Of a stretch of 63,737 nt of DNA, positions 1-11,483 are shown piece by piece (the first letter of the stretch is position 1; every line of letters begins with the position of its first letter). Below the pieces are notes generated by a model. It was not told the origin of the DNA. It made no database searches and saw nothing but the letters and a program-made list of their open reading frames with translations. A program made the translations under genes and the position numbers. Source of the DNA: Narcine bancroftii (taxonomy: Eukaryota); assembly GCF_036971445.1 (NCBI RefSeq), contig NC_091472.1, positions 168,640,264 through 168,704,000 on the forward strand, given 5' to 3'.

Positions 1-3000
1 GGGCTAAAATTATCTTGAAACATTTCCAACTTTATATTTGCACATGCATTCAGAGCACATACACTTTTGTCACAGGAAAAAAAACTTTGCACAGCTTAAG
101 ATTTTTGTGCACACTGACCACTTAAAATTACAGGGAACATTGCTTGCACACCTCTTGCATAAGGAGAAGAGTACTCATGAATGCTGCCAGCTAAAAACTA
201 TGCTGATAAATGTGAGGGCCTGCCTTGCATACAAACAGAAAATGCTGGAAATGCTTAGTGACAGTGGAAAAGAAAACAGTGGCACTGTTTCATTTTAAAT
301 GCTTTCTCTGCATTGACCTGAAATATTAATAGATACTTCTTGATATGCTTGTTTCTGGCCTTTTGTTTCAGGTTTTCAGCATCTGAAGTGCTTAGTTTTA
401 TGTAGGCCTAGCCCATGATTCCTCCAAGGCAGTTAAACACAGTGGTGGAAGATCATGGGTGGTTAGGAGCGAAGGAAAATGGAGAGCAGATGATGGTGCC
501 TGAAGCACCACTTGGGGAATTATAGTGCCTGGGCAGTGGGAGGCTGTGGGGATAACTGCCCACTGAAGAAAGACTATTAATTGAACTTGGCTGTTCAAGT
601 GCTGCCTCAGAAATAGGAAATGAGAAATATTCCATGATATAGCTGTTATTTCCTGTTTGCAGAGCCAGTCTCAATGGTTCACCAGCAATATGTCCACATC
701 AGCAGAATACTTTCTTCCAAAAATTACAAAGTCCAAATTTGTTGCCAAATGTACAATTATCAAATTATGTCTTTGTTTGCAACCAGCCTCAGCCCAGATT
801 TTTGACTTGGCAATAAAGCAGTGACATTTGCTACTGACCTTGGTGAAACCAGCCCATGTACTGACCTCGTAATTTCTGTGGTGTCTATTTTTTTTCCCCT
901 TCCCTGACATTGATGTTCTTGCTGTTGACGAATGCCAGAAATCAAACTAGTGGAGCAACCGATTATGTTGTAGAATTATCTTGGACAACAACAAACCAGA
1001 AGTTGAAAATGTTTTTCAAGTTTTCAGTTAACATTTTAAACATTTTATAAAATATTAAAATAATTGTGATATCAATATAGGAATAAAGTCCTTGTAAAGT
1101 TTAACTTTTTTAGGCAATATTATTTAAATTATTATTCTGGGAATCTCAAGGGTCCATGGATAATTAAAGTTGCTTAGTATCATTTATACATTTTTTCCAA
1201 TTTTAAAACAACACAGTTATGCCTCATTTGAAAGTCTTTCCAAAGTTTTGACATCAGAAATTGAATATTTAAAAAGTCAAAGTTCTCCTCAATATAATGA
1301 TTATTAAAATAAGTTTATCAGCATGACCCTGGATTCTTGTGTTAAACAGCATACAACAAAGCTCCAGATGTCTCTAGGGATACCTTTCATTACAACTGTA
1401 AAATTTAGGATAGCATTTACTCATTGAAGATTCTTTATCAAAAATCAGCGAAGGAACCCCAGATAATTATAAATGATTCAACAAAATAATTGAAAACACG
1501 AAAGATTTTAGAACCAATCAACTAATATCAATTAATTTTGAAGAACGTAATTTATCACGTCTTTCTTTGCAGTTGATTTTCTCCATTCAAATGCAAAAGC
1601 TTTCAGTGCTGGGCAGATTCCTTCAAACTGAAACAGTGAGACCTTGCTGACAGGCTACCAGACAGTCTGAGTCCTCTGTTTCTGTGGCAGCACTGAACCT
1701 CTTGAACAGAAAAGAAGAGCTTGAAATTGGTCATAGACCTGGTTTTCTTGGTGAATTCTGCCCTGTTTGCAGTTTTTTTTTGCGCCATTGCTTTGTCTAT
1801 GGAGGTTGGCTTGAGTCATTGTTAAATCTTTTGCTATTTACTCGTTGGTTGTGCTGGCATCTGCAGACTTTAATCCCAAGGTTATATTTCCCCAATCATG
1901 TGTAATTAAATTTCTAAATGAATAGATAAGGATGGCCAAATCATTATTTGATTTAGGACTCCTGTCTCTAATAGATGGCATTTTAAGACATTAAGGCATA
2001 GAACAGAAGAAAGCCATTTGGCCTATCAAGTCCACTCTGCCAGTCGATCATGAGCTGATCCAGTCTTTCACTCAGCCCCACTTCCATGGATTTTCCCCAC
2101 AATCTTTGATACCCTGACTATTCAGATACCTATCAATCTCTGCCTCTAAAATCTTCCTCCACGGGCGACTTCATAGATCATTGTTCTTGTCTTTCATAAT
2201 TTTCAACGTCCAATGATCTCAAACTGATGGTGTCTCACTCTCTGAAACACTCATCTCTTACTCACTGAATGAGTGATTACAGAGTTGGATCCCCACTCTA
2301 TCTCTGATTATAGTCGAGGATGAAATGCAATATGCTGTCATGTCTCACTTTAGATCAATTTCCAGATGAAGCACTCGGACAGCGTGATCACCATTTTACA
2401 TCATCGACAGTGACTCTTCAGCTGCATCATCCAGCATAAAAAATAGGAGGCCTCATTGCTGAGCCTTATGAGAATTGTACAAGTTTCAGAGTAGCTGTTT
2501 GGGCCCAGAAACCAAAGTTTGCAGTCTCTGAATCGCTGGGAGGATATTTGGTACTGACATGAAAGTGGTGAATCATTAAAATTCTCAGCTCATTGGAGGC
2601 GCAGCTACTGACCTCATTCAAAACTGAGTCAAAAACCTATTGACATGAAGAGAATCAGGAGATATTGGGAGAGTACAGGAAGATGGTGCCATGGTCTTGA
2701 TAATTGGTGGAGCAGACAGGGCCATCTATCCTGCTCTTATTCTTATTTCTGGATTTACCCTTTTGGTTCCCTGTGCAGTGAAGGCATGAACTTGGCCCGA
2801 GGGACTTTCATAATGACTGTAACCTACTTTCTTTCAAAATTTGGTATTCAAATGTTCTTCTAATTTTAGTGAGTTAGCAGAAACCAGGATACAAATCTGG
2901 TTCACTCGGCAGGGCCTCCATGCTGAGGCAAAACGGCAGCACAATCTCCCCGCTTGTTTGGTCCACACTTTCCCTGGGTTGGGTGGGAAATGTGCCCGTG

Positions 3001-4494
3001 ACCTGCAGGTTCCTCCTTAATACTGGCATATGAGCTCAGCAACCATGCCATTGTGGGCTGTACTGAAGCTCAAGAGTGAATGCAGCTGTGGCTGAATTGC
3101 TGTGCATCACATGTTCTATCAAACTGAACCAGAATGCTCCTGGTAATGTGACAATTATAGAATTCGAATTCCAGCGTACTCTTCTCTGGCACTTGCCCAA
3201 TGCAAACAAGATGATAGCATGGCTTAAGCCTTGTGTTTTATTGGAAAGATTAATAGAGTAGCCATCACATCTTTCTGCTTGGAAAAGAAGACAGCATCGG
3301 ATCAAACCATAGAATGTTCAATGGATGCCAGAATTGTCTGAGCCCAGAGTTTATGTAACATCAATGTTTGTATCTGGGGTGGCTTTACATTGTGAATTTT
3401 ATCACAAAATTAACTGGAGATCATTGGTTAACATTTGTAGGCAAATAAATACTGCAAGGAATAAGATGGTTAGAAACCACATGATTAAAAAAGAGAGTCA
3501 TTGTGTAACAGTGCAGGAGGAGTAAGAGATGGAGGAATTGGCACTGCAATCAGAAAGATTGGTCTGGCTTAGACAATGATAGCAACTGCCAGAAATTCCC
3601 AGAATTGGCCCATAAAATATGTTGCAGATGAAATTAATGCCTCCCAATATTCTTAGAAGTAATGTACTATGTAACATGATGGAAAATTCAAATGGCACAG
3701 GAGGCCATTGGTGCACCTTGCCTGAGCTAGCTTTTTAGTTGAGTTATGCAAGTAACCCCAAATCCATGGTTCTTTATATAAAAAGTCCACCAAAATTTTT
3801 CCCCATTGGGTTTCTGCAGTTCCTTATCGAAGTTGTTTTTTTTTGTTTTGTCTGTTGCCTGCAAAAATTTGATGTCCTAATTTCCATTGTATATTGGAGC
3901 TGTTGTCCTGTGCAATCTCCTCATGTACACTTCCACCAATCAAAGATCCTATGTTCAACAATGTTCTCTGTTTTCTGACCGATTTATTTTTAAAAACAAT
4001 TCTCGCTCACTCTTCCACTTATGTCCTCTGAGAATGGGAGGAGCACTAGGTGGAATCATTTGGAACCCCTATGTTTGAAAGTGCATCTATAGTTCCTTTT
4101 TAGCTCCCTCAACAGAAGAAAGCTTTCTTCAGGAAGCAGGAAAAACAGGTCTTGTTTGGGGCTCCTGCTTTTGCTCTTCAGATATTTTTCAGCAGGCTGA
4201 TTAGAAACCTTATCTCCAGGGATTTAGTTGAACAGAGGGCTGATTCAGAACATCAGAAGCCTGAACAGTTGTCTTCCTGATTTAGTCAAAATGTGTGCCT
4301 TTAGATTTTCAGCAGTAGAGTCGATGGGAATAGAATTTCAATCGTACAATGATGTACACAAAGATGGGTAAATTCACATTATCGAGAACACAGAAGTTCT
4401 TGCATCGGCCATTACTACATGGAATATTTAATTAACTCGAGCTGCAACTTCATGCAACTAGCATTGAAGATTGGGGTCATTGACCTTCAAGCAG

Positions 4495-4810
4495 GGTCAC
4501 AGAGCAATGCAGCCGAGAAATAATTCTCAGCATACCTAATCCACTCCAACCATCAAGCACCTGCCTCTGTTATTCTCATTTTATTCTCCCTCCACTCCCA
4601 ACTACACCACACAGATTCTACCATTCAACTCCACAATCCTAACAACTCCCACTCAATTAATCTACCATCCCACCTATCTTTTGAGGTGTGGGATAAAACC
4701 AGTGAATCCAGAATAAACCCACACAAGAAGAAGCGAGCACTGACCATACCAGAGGTCAGGATGAAATTTGGGTTGCCAGAGCAATGAGCTCAAGCTCCTC
4801 TCACTGTGCC
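4495..4810 (-). mobile_element. Decayed SINE-like repeat
   Basis: Resembles the GTGGGA.AAAACC..AACCCAC..AGGAT..AA repeat seen again at ~37380-37570; heavily diverged. Confidence 0.4.
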
Positions 4811-5015
4811 TCTGTGCTGCCCTAACTACTGCCCTTGCGTTTGGGCTCTAGTGTATTCTACTCTGAATAGTAACAGCAAGCTTTATGGGGCTTCTGTCTT
4901 AATGGAGTTTCTGCTTCTTTCACTTATTGGGTTTGATTTGGATGCAAAGGTGAGCCCTCAAAGTCAGGGTGGGAAACTAACATTGGAAGAGTTGGCGAGC
5001 ACATAAATTATAAAT

Positions 5016-5819
5016 CAGGGGTGTCAAACTCAAATTCACAGAGGGCCAAAATTAAAAACTTGGACTAAGTCGTGGGCCAAACTAAATATTTATTGAAAAT
5101 TTTCAACAACATCTGCATGTTTTCTCTTCTTTCAACATATGTAATGTTAAACTTTTTCTTATTAAAATAAATGTTTAATAATAGTTTTGGTGAAACTCTT
5201 TCCAGAAGAAGTATTAACAAATGAGAAATAAAATATTCAATAAATAATATTTCTCTATAGCCTTTAAGCTCCTTTTAAATGTATTTTTTTCCGCAAGCCA
5301 ACAAGTCAAAAAAATAACAACTTGCTTCAATGAAAATCCAATCTTTCAACTATGAACAGTCCAAAGTTAACCAAAGAAAATATGAATCCAAGCTTCGCTT
5401 GCTACACTGTGATTTACTCTGATGCACCTGGGTCTAAACCAGATACTTGGCATCTCTTCTTAGATGCAAGTTCATCAAACTCTGGGGTCAGAGTTTGCCT
5501 CCCACCTGTCTTGAAAGGTCCTATTTTCTGTCTTTCGTTTGGCCATTTTTCGTAAGGGGTTTATTACATGTGAGTTGGGCGACAGGTCGCAGATGCTAAT
5601 AAAAGTAAAGAGAGGAGGTGGGGGCGATTAGCGGGCTGACAGGCCGGCGCCAACACATTTGCAAAGCATTCTGGGATTTGTAGTATTAGCTGTGCATGCG
5701 CTATACTGGCGCGGCGGCCAGCGGGCCAGCTCTAATACATATTTGATATGATCTTGTGGGCCAAATATAATTATATCACAGGCCAAATTTGGCCCGCGGG
5801 CCTGAGTTTTACATGTGTG
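5016..5819 (-). mobile_element. Non-autonomous hAT (Charlie-like) DNA transposon, internal deletion derivative
   Basis: 8-bp TSD TTATAAAT (5008-5015 and 5820-5827); imperfect TIR CAGGGGTGTCAAACTC / GAGTTTTACATGTGTG. Minus strand keeps a transposase N-terminus (MAKRKTENRTFQDRWEA from 5546) beside a C-terminus (LTPEFDELASKKRCQVSG). Confidence 0.85.
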
Positions 5820-5952
5820 TTATAAATCATAGCTGCTGAGGTAAAGGATCTGGCTCCAACTAGTTTTATTAACTGACCATTCATTGCATGCTAGCTCAAT
5901 CTGATGTCAGATCTTTGACCTAAAGGGTTAATGTTGTTTCCCTTTCTACATA

Positions 5953-6205
5953 AAATGCTGGAGAAACTCAGCAGGTCAATTAATGCGCTTTATAGAGCAA
6001 AGATAAAGGCACATGACCAACATTTCAGGCTTGAACCCTTCATTAAGATATGGTATGGTACCTTGATAAAGGGCTCAAGCCTGAAACATTAGTTATGTAC
6101 CTTCATTTTTGGTCTATAAATACACTATTTGACCTGCTGAGTTTCTCCAGCATTGTGTTTTTACTTCAACCATGACGCCTGCAGACTCTTGTGTTTTACT
6201 CCCCT
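5953..6205. repeat. Inverted pair of Penelope-type terminal repeats
   Basis: AATGCTGGAGAAACTCAGCAGGTCAA...TTGACCTGCTGAGTTTCTCCAGCATT arms; each arm carries a TTRATRAAGGG..CCTGAAA motif. Confidence 0.7.
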
Positions 6206-6309
6206 TTCTGCATATGCTGCTTTCCCTATTTTCTGTTTTTATTTCTTATTTCTGGCATCTATGCTTTTAATATTTTCAATATAAGGTTTATTGCAGGTGA
6301 TCAGTGCTA

Positions 6310-6865
6310 GTAAAAGCACATAGAAATGCTGGAGGAACTTAGCCGGTCTTGTAGCATCCATAAGACATTGTCACTGATGTTTCAGGCCTGAGCCCTTCTT
6401 CAAGGAATAAGCAAAGAACAGGAAGGCACAAGAATAATGAGACTGAAGGCTGGCTGGGGGAGGAGTCCAACCCAACAAAAGGTGTTAATTGGATATGATC
6501 AGAGGAGAGGTGAGAATTGATTTTTGTCTCTGTGAAAGAAGACATTTGGGTAAAGGGTGACAGAACTGGAAGAAAGGCAACACTGGAGCGAAGAAGTGGT
6601 GGGGGGGGGGTGGTTTTATAGAAACTGGAGTTGTCGATGTTAATGCCATCCGGTTGGAAGGTGCCCAGACAGAAGATGAAGTGTTGTTCCTCAAATTTGC
6701 GGGTGGTCTCCATTTGGCAGTACGTGCAATCATGGACAGGCATGTCAGCAAGGGAATGGGATGGGGAAATGAAATGGGTAGCCACTGGGTGATCCACGCT
6801 AATGCAACCAACAAAGCTGAGCTGCTCAACCAACTGATCACCCAGTCTGCGCCCAGACTCTCTGG
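6310..6865 (-). mobile_element. Penelope-like element 3' fragment (GIY-YIG endonuclease C-terminus plus terminal repeat)
   Basis: ORF 6339..6833 contains PVATHF...RKFEEQHFIFCLGTFQPDGINID, typical of the Penelope GIY-YIG C-terminus. Confidence 0.85.
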
Positions 6866-7559
6866 ATAATGCTAGTACCGAAGATGAATTTCTATATGGG
6901 ATTTTTAATTATGTACTTAATAATTTTATTATGAAGATAAATATAATTAAAGTGAAAAGGAATATTAAGAGCTTGACCTACCAGGATATGTATGGCAGAG
7001 CAATAGTTCATGAATTTCATTGGTTTGGATCTTGCCTGATAAAAACAGCGAAATCTTTGATACTGAAATCACTTTGGAGGTTGAGGAGGAATGATACTCT
7101 GAGCTCAATGCAAGGTTATAACAAGAAGGACTTGACATTTGTACAGTGTCTCATTGCCTTGGAACGTAGGGACTAAGTGATTTGCTCAGATATGAAGATG
7201 AAACCTGACCGGGGCTGATGACGGTTTTCATAGCCACCCTAACCACCCTCGATCGCTGCTCTCTTGCAGTAGTTATGACTGAAAGGCAATTACAGAAAAA
7301 GGTGTGCTATTACAAAAATGCATTTAAAGTATTCTGTTGACTATCCCTGTCTGACCCATCCTGAACTCCGATATCATGACTCCAGACAACCTAGATTTTG
7401 CTTCCTGAATATTATTAGATGTATTGAATGAATTTTTGGCTCATGATCAGGAAAATTACCTCAAAATATTCCTATCACATACTGTTTTTTTTTAGTAATA
7501 ATCTATTTTTGTGATTTCCTGTCATATTTTAAGTCTACTGGTATATTGTCCATAAAGCA

Positions 7560-8410
7560 AACCGTTTTGGTCACTCCAAGAATGGCTGGGCATGTATCCC
7601 GTTTAGGTGCTATGGAAATCTTGTCGGGCATGGAAGACATTTAAAAATGTTGAGAATTCTCTTGGCAATTATAGAGCACCAAACTACATCCAGCTGATTG
7701 ACAACATGCTGCAAGCACACTAAACCATGAAAGGTGACATGTCATTGAAAATTCGTTTTCTGCATTCGCACTTGGACTTCTTCCCTGCAGATCTTGGTGC
7801 AGTCAGTGATGAATGTGGTGACATTGGTCACCAGGACATTGCGACCATGGAAAAGCAGTATCAGGGCAATTGGAATCCATCATTGCCAGCTGACTTTTGT
7901 TGGACACTGGCATGAGAAGCATCAAGTGCTGAACACAAATGAAAATCAGCAACAAAACATTTTTAGGTCAGTTGAACTAACGCAATGTGTTAGATCATTA
8001 TGTGATTAAACAAGCTAAATTCAATAAAAGTTCATTTAATGATTCTCCAACTTCCTACGTGATGAAGCAAATCTGAAATTAAAAGTGAAACATGAAAGTC
8101 TGCAGACATTGTGGTTGAAGTAAAAACACAATGTTGAAGAACTCAACAGTGTTCTTTATATAGCAAATATAAAAATACATTACTGACATTTTGGGCCTTT
8201 CATCAAGGTATGGAAAAATGTCGGCAGGTGTCCAACTTTAAAAAGCTAAGCGGAGGAGGTGTGGGGGGAGGAGCATGGTCGTAAAGGCAGGAGGTAATAG
8301 GTGGAGAAGTCATCATCTGCAATTATCTTTGTATTCAGCTTGAAGTTGCCTATCATAATCCTCATTTTTGTTTCATGAAGCAAACCTTTTGAAAAACATT
8401 GTTGTTCATT
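7560..8410 (+). mobile_element. Chapaev3-like (CMC) DNA transposon 3' fragment, interrupted by a Penelope-type repeat (~8081-8320)
   Basis: MSLKIRFLHSHLDFFPADLGAVSDE..HQDIATMEKQYQGNWNPSLPADFCWTL matches a conserved transposase C-terminus. Family assignment is from memory. Confidence 0.65.
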
Positions 8411-10249
8411 CCAACCTGAACCCAACACAGACAGTTGGATTGTGTGCTGGCTGCGTCAGGTAGCCAGGATTTGGATTACTTTTCTAATGTGCTGTCGTTG
8501 TTAAAAGGGAAAGCCAGCATGGCTGAAAAAACAAGTTTTGTCCCTGTATTATATTAAGATATGCATGGGGCTTTTTGAATGCACCCTCTGGGGATCGCTG
8601 TGAAATTAAGCTTGCTTTTTCTGTATTTCAATATACATGCCCAGAAAATAATTCTATCTATGTCTATGTCTATGTGTGGCATGACACAACCTATAATGTG
8701 GTGCCTACTCACTTAGTTGAAAAGCAATAAACTACAGAGTCTGGAAAAGAGAAATAAAAATAGAAAATTCTGGAAATATCCAATCAGAATTTTTTTCTTT
8801 TTTCTTTTAGTTCATACAATTTCTAGCCTGATGTAGATTTTGCTGCCAGGATACAGGTGTTATCACAATTAAAAGTGTAGGAGATGAAACAAATCAGATT
8901 CATCTATGTCCCTTTATTTAGTAATGTGTGTTCAAAACTGGAATCTTTGTGGTCTGTGAGTCATAATCTTCACTTTGGGTTCTGAAGTCTTCGAACTTCT
9001 GCCCACTTGTCTTGAATGCAGTTTTATCATCAGGCTTGCACATCTTCGACCAGTGATTTGCTAATCATCAACAGTATTGCTTACAAAGAATTGGAATCAT
9101 GAAAATGTGATTGGTCTGCTGAAAGAGATCCCTGGAAATTTATTTCACTGGTTGCTGCATGGTGCAATCCCAGAATATATGACTCCGAATCATGCGTTGA
9201 TGTTGCTGGGGGGGGGGGTTTGTCTTGCACAACACGAGTGGAGCTTTTTGAATGCACACTGTGTCAATCATAGTGAAAAGAAGTTTTTTAATGTACTGTA
9301 TCTCAGTATGTGTGCTAAGAGACAATTCAATTCAATTTGATTTTTGCACATTGCACTTTACCTACCAAGCCTTAAGATTCCATTTGTGCTTTCCAATGTG
9401 TTAACTAAAATTTACATGATTTGACAAATCATACATACTCCTCAATGTAATTAGCAGTTTTGTATTGGAAACTCTATTTCTTGATTGAATATATTATTTG
9501 GGCTATCTGAGAATATAAATTTGGTGCATCATTGATAAATCCTTACTAATATTTGCATATTCATTTCAATTTAAAATTATTGGATATGTTTTCTGGTGAA
9601 GTGTTTGGTTCTCAAGAACCACTGGACAGTGGTGCAGTCTGCAGGTGTTTCACACCTGTTGTGAGCAGTTAGGTAAAGTAGGAAAGGGTGTCCCCTATTA
9701 TCCTTTCTGTATGTCCACCCAAAAGATCCTCCTACACCAGAAATAGCAGATCGCGGAGCCTGCATTGGACTTTCCAAGGTTTTGTGGCTTCCAGGCACAT
9801 TGCAAAGGTGGATAGCCATTGCATTGATGTCCCTTCACTCTCCTAGTTTGATTTTCATGCTTTGAGCAGACAAGGTCAACTTCAGCCTGGAGAACCACAA
9901 CACACCTTTCAGGTCCAAGCCATAAAGTTAGGCTCCTTGTGCCTCTCTGGTGCCCAGTATCACTCACGTTTATTTGTGACACTAATTACTTAATAGACCA
10001 TGTAGTGGAAACATGGTTTGGTGAATTTTATGGATTCCGTACAATGAAGGTGATTACTCATTGTATATTGATTTCTGATTGCTATGATAAATATATTTCA
10101 ATATAATTCATTTTTGGATCAAATTGATATAAAACCTTACAAAACATTTTTCTGCTTTTGCTAGGTGGTGGTATGCTATCAAATCTGGCCAATATTCTAA
10201 ATGAAAATGGTATTGACAGATTGCCCATATTGCTTTTATTTCGATATGA

Positions 10250-11006
10250 CTCCCTGGTGTGACAGGTGCAAGAGCGGAGGAATGTCATTAATTCACATGT
10301 TCTGGACTTGTCCTAGTCTAGAAAAATACTGGAGAGAGGTATTCCATACTTTATCAAACATTTTCAATATAGATTTAACACCGAATTGTTTGGTGGCCCT
10401 TTTTGGGTCAATGGGAGGGAATGATTCTTCTTTATCTCTGGTTCAGAGTCACGCTATCTCTTGGTGAGGCAAGTGATTTTACTTAAATGAAAGGATGCTT
10501 ACCCGCCTACTCATGATCAGTGGTTGTGTGACATCATGTGCAGCTTGAATATGGAAAAGATTCGTTATTCAATTACTAATTCAGATATAAGATTCCAGAA
10601 GTTCTGGGGGTCATTTATGACTCAATATCTTTATAATTTTACTCCAATGTAATTAAATTGTCTGACTTTTATATTTCCATGTTCTTTATATTATTTTTTT
10701 AACCTTTGGTTTTTTCTTTAAATACCAGTCAGAAATAGTATCTGACAACACGGTTAGGTAAGGGGTTTGAGTTTTTCTCCTTTACTATTTTCTTCTTTAC
10801 TTTTTTATATTATTAGAGTTTTTTTTCTAAAAATGTATATGCTATTTAGAATATGAATTATGGATATGATTTAGAATTTATGTATGTTAGTGATATATGG
10901 AATATCTTGTTTAGTTCGTGTAACTATACATACTATCTTATTGTACCCTTTCTGTTTATATAAGTTCTTTATTAAAATCAATAAAAATATTTTAACAAGA
11001 AAAAAA
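10250..11006 (+). mobile_element. L1-clade LINE 3' fragment
   Basis: CDRCK...LIHMFWTCPSLEKYW zinc-knuckle motif, AT-rich 3' UTR, AATAAA and A-rich tail. Confidence 0.85.
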
Positions 11007-11090
11007 TAAGATAGATCTGCGCAGTAACTGTAATGGTTCTGGAGCTGTGGGGGAGCTCGTTGATGACCTGAGTAAAAATCCTGGAGCTCT

Positions 11091-11483
11091 GGTAGTGGCT
11101 ACTATGGTAGAGCTACTGAGGTAATACAAAAAACACACGCCAGAGTAGTCAAGTCAAGACTGATTTATTCAAGGATTACAGGCTTCTTTTATGTACTTCA
11201 TGTCCCAGGCTCCATAGTACAAGGTGGGTCGTCACTATGACATTGCTGCAGATCCACAGTACTGGCAGTTTTAAATTTAGCCTTATAAGTGTCCCGCGCC
11301 TTCTGGCTCAAAGTCTCAACAGCTCAACATGCCGTTCCTCAGCACTCCGTATCTCTCGTGTGCGGTCCATTAGGTAAGTGTGCAGACATCCATATTATGG
11401 TTCCGCATGCCTGCAGAACCGAGTCAGTGACAGTTCACATTGTCGCACTGTGTGCCCGCTCGGCGTGCTACATGGCCACTACA
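11091..11483 (-). repeat. Gypsy 3' LTR
   Basis: Aligns end to end with 15195-15587; outer end reads GGTAGTGG instead of TGTAGCGG. Confidence 0.9.

Noticed and set aside
1573-1770. Exon-like segment after a good acceptor (CTTTCTTTGCAG)
   Set aside because: Stops in all three frames and no recognisable peptide.
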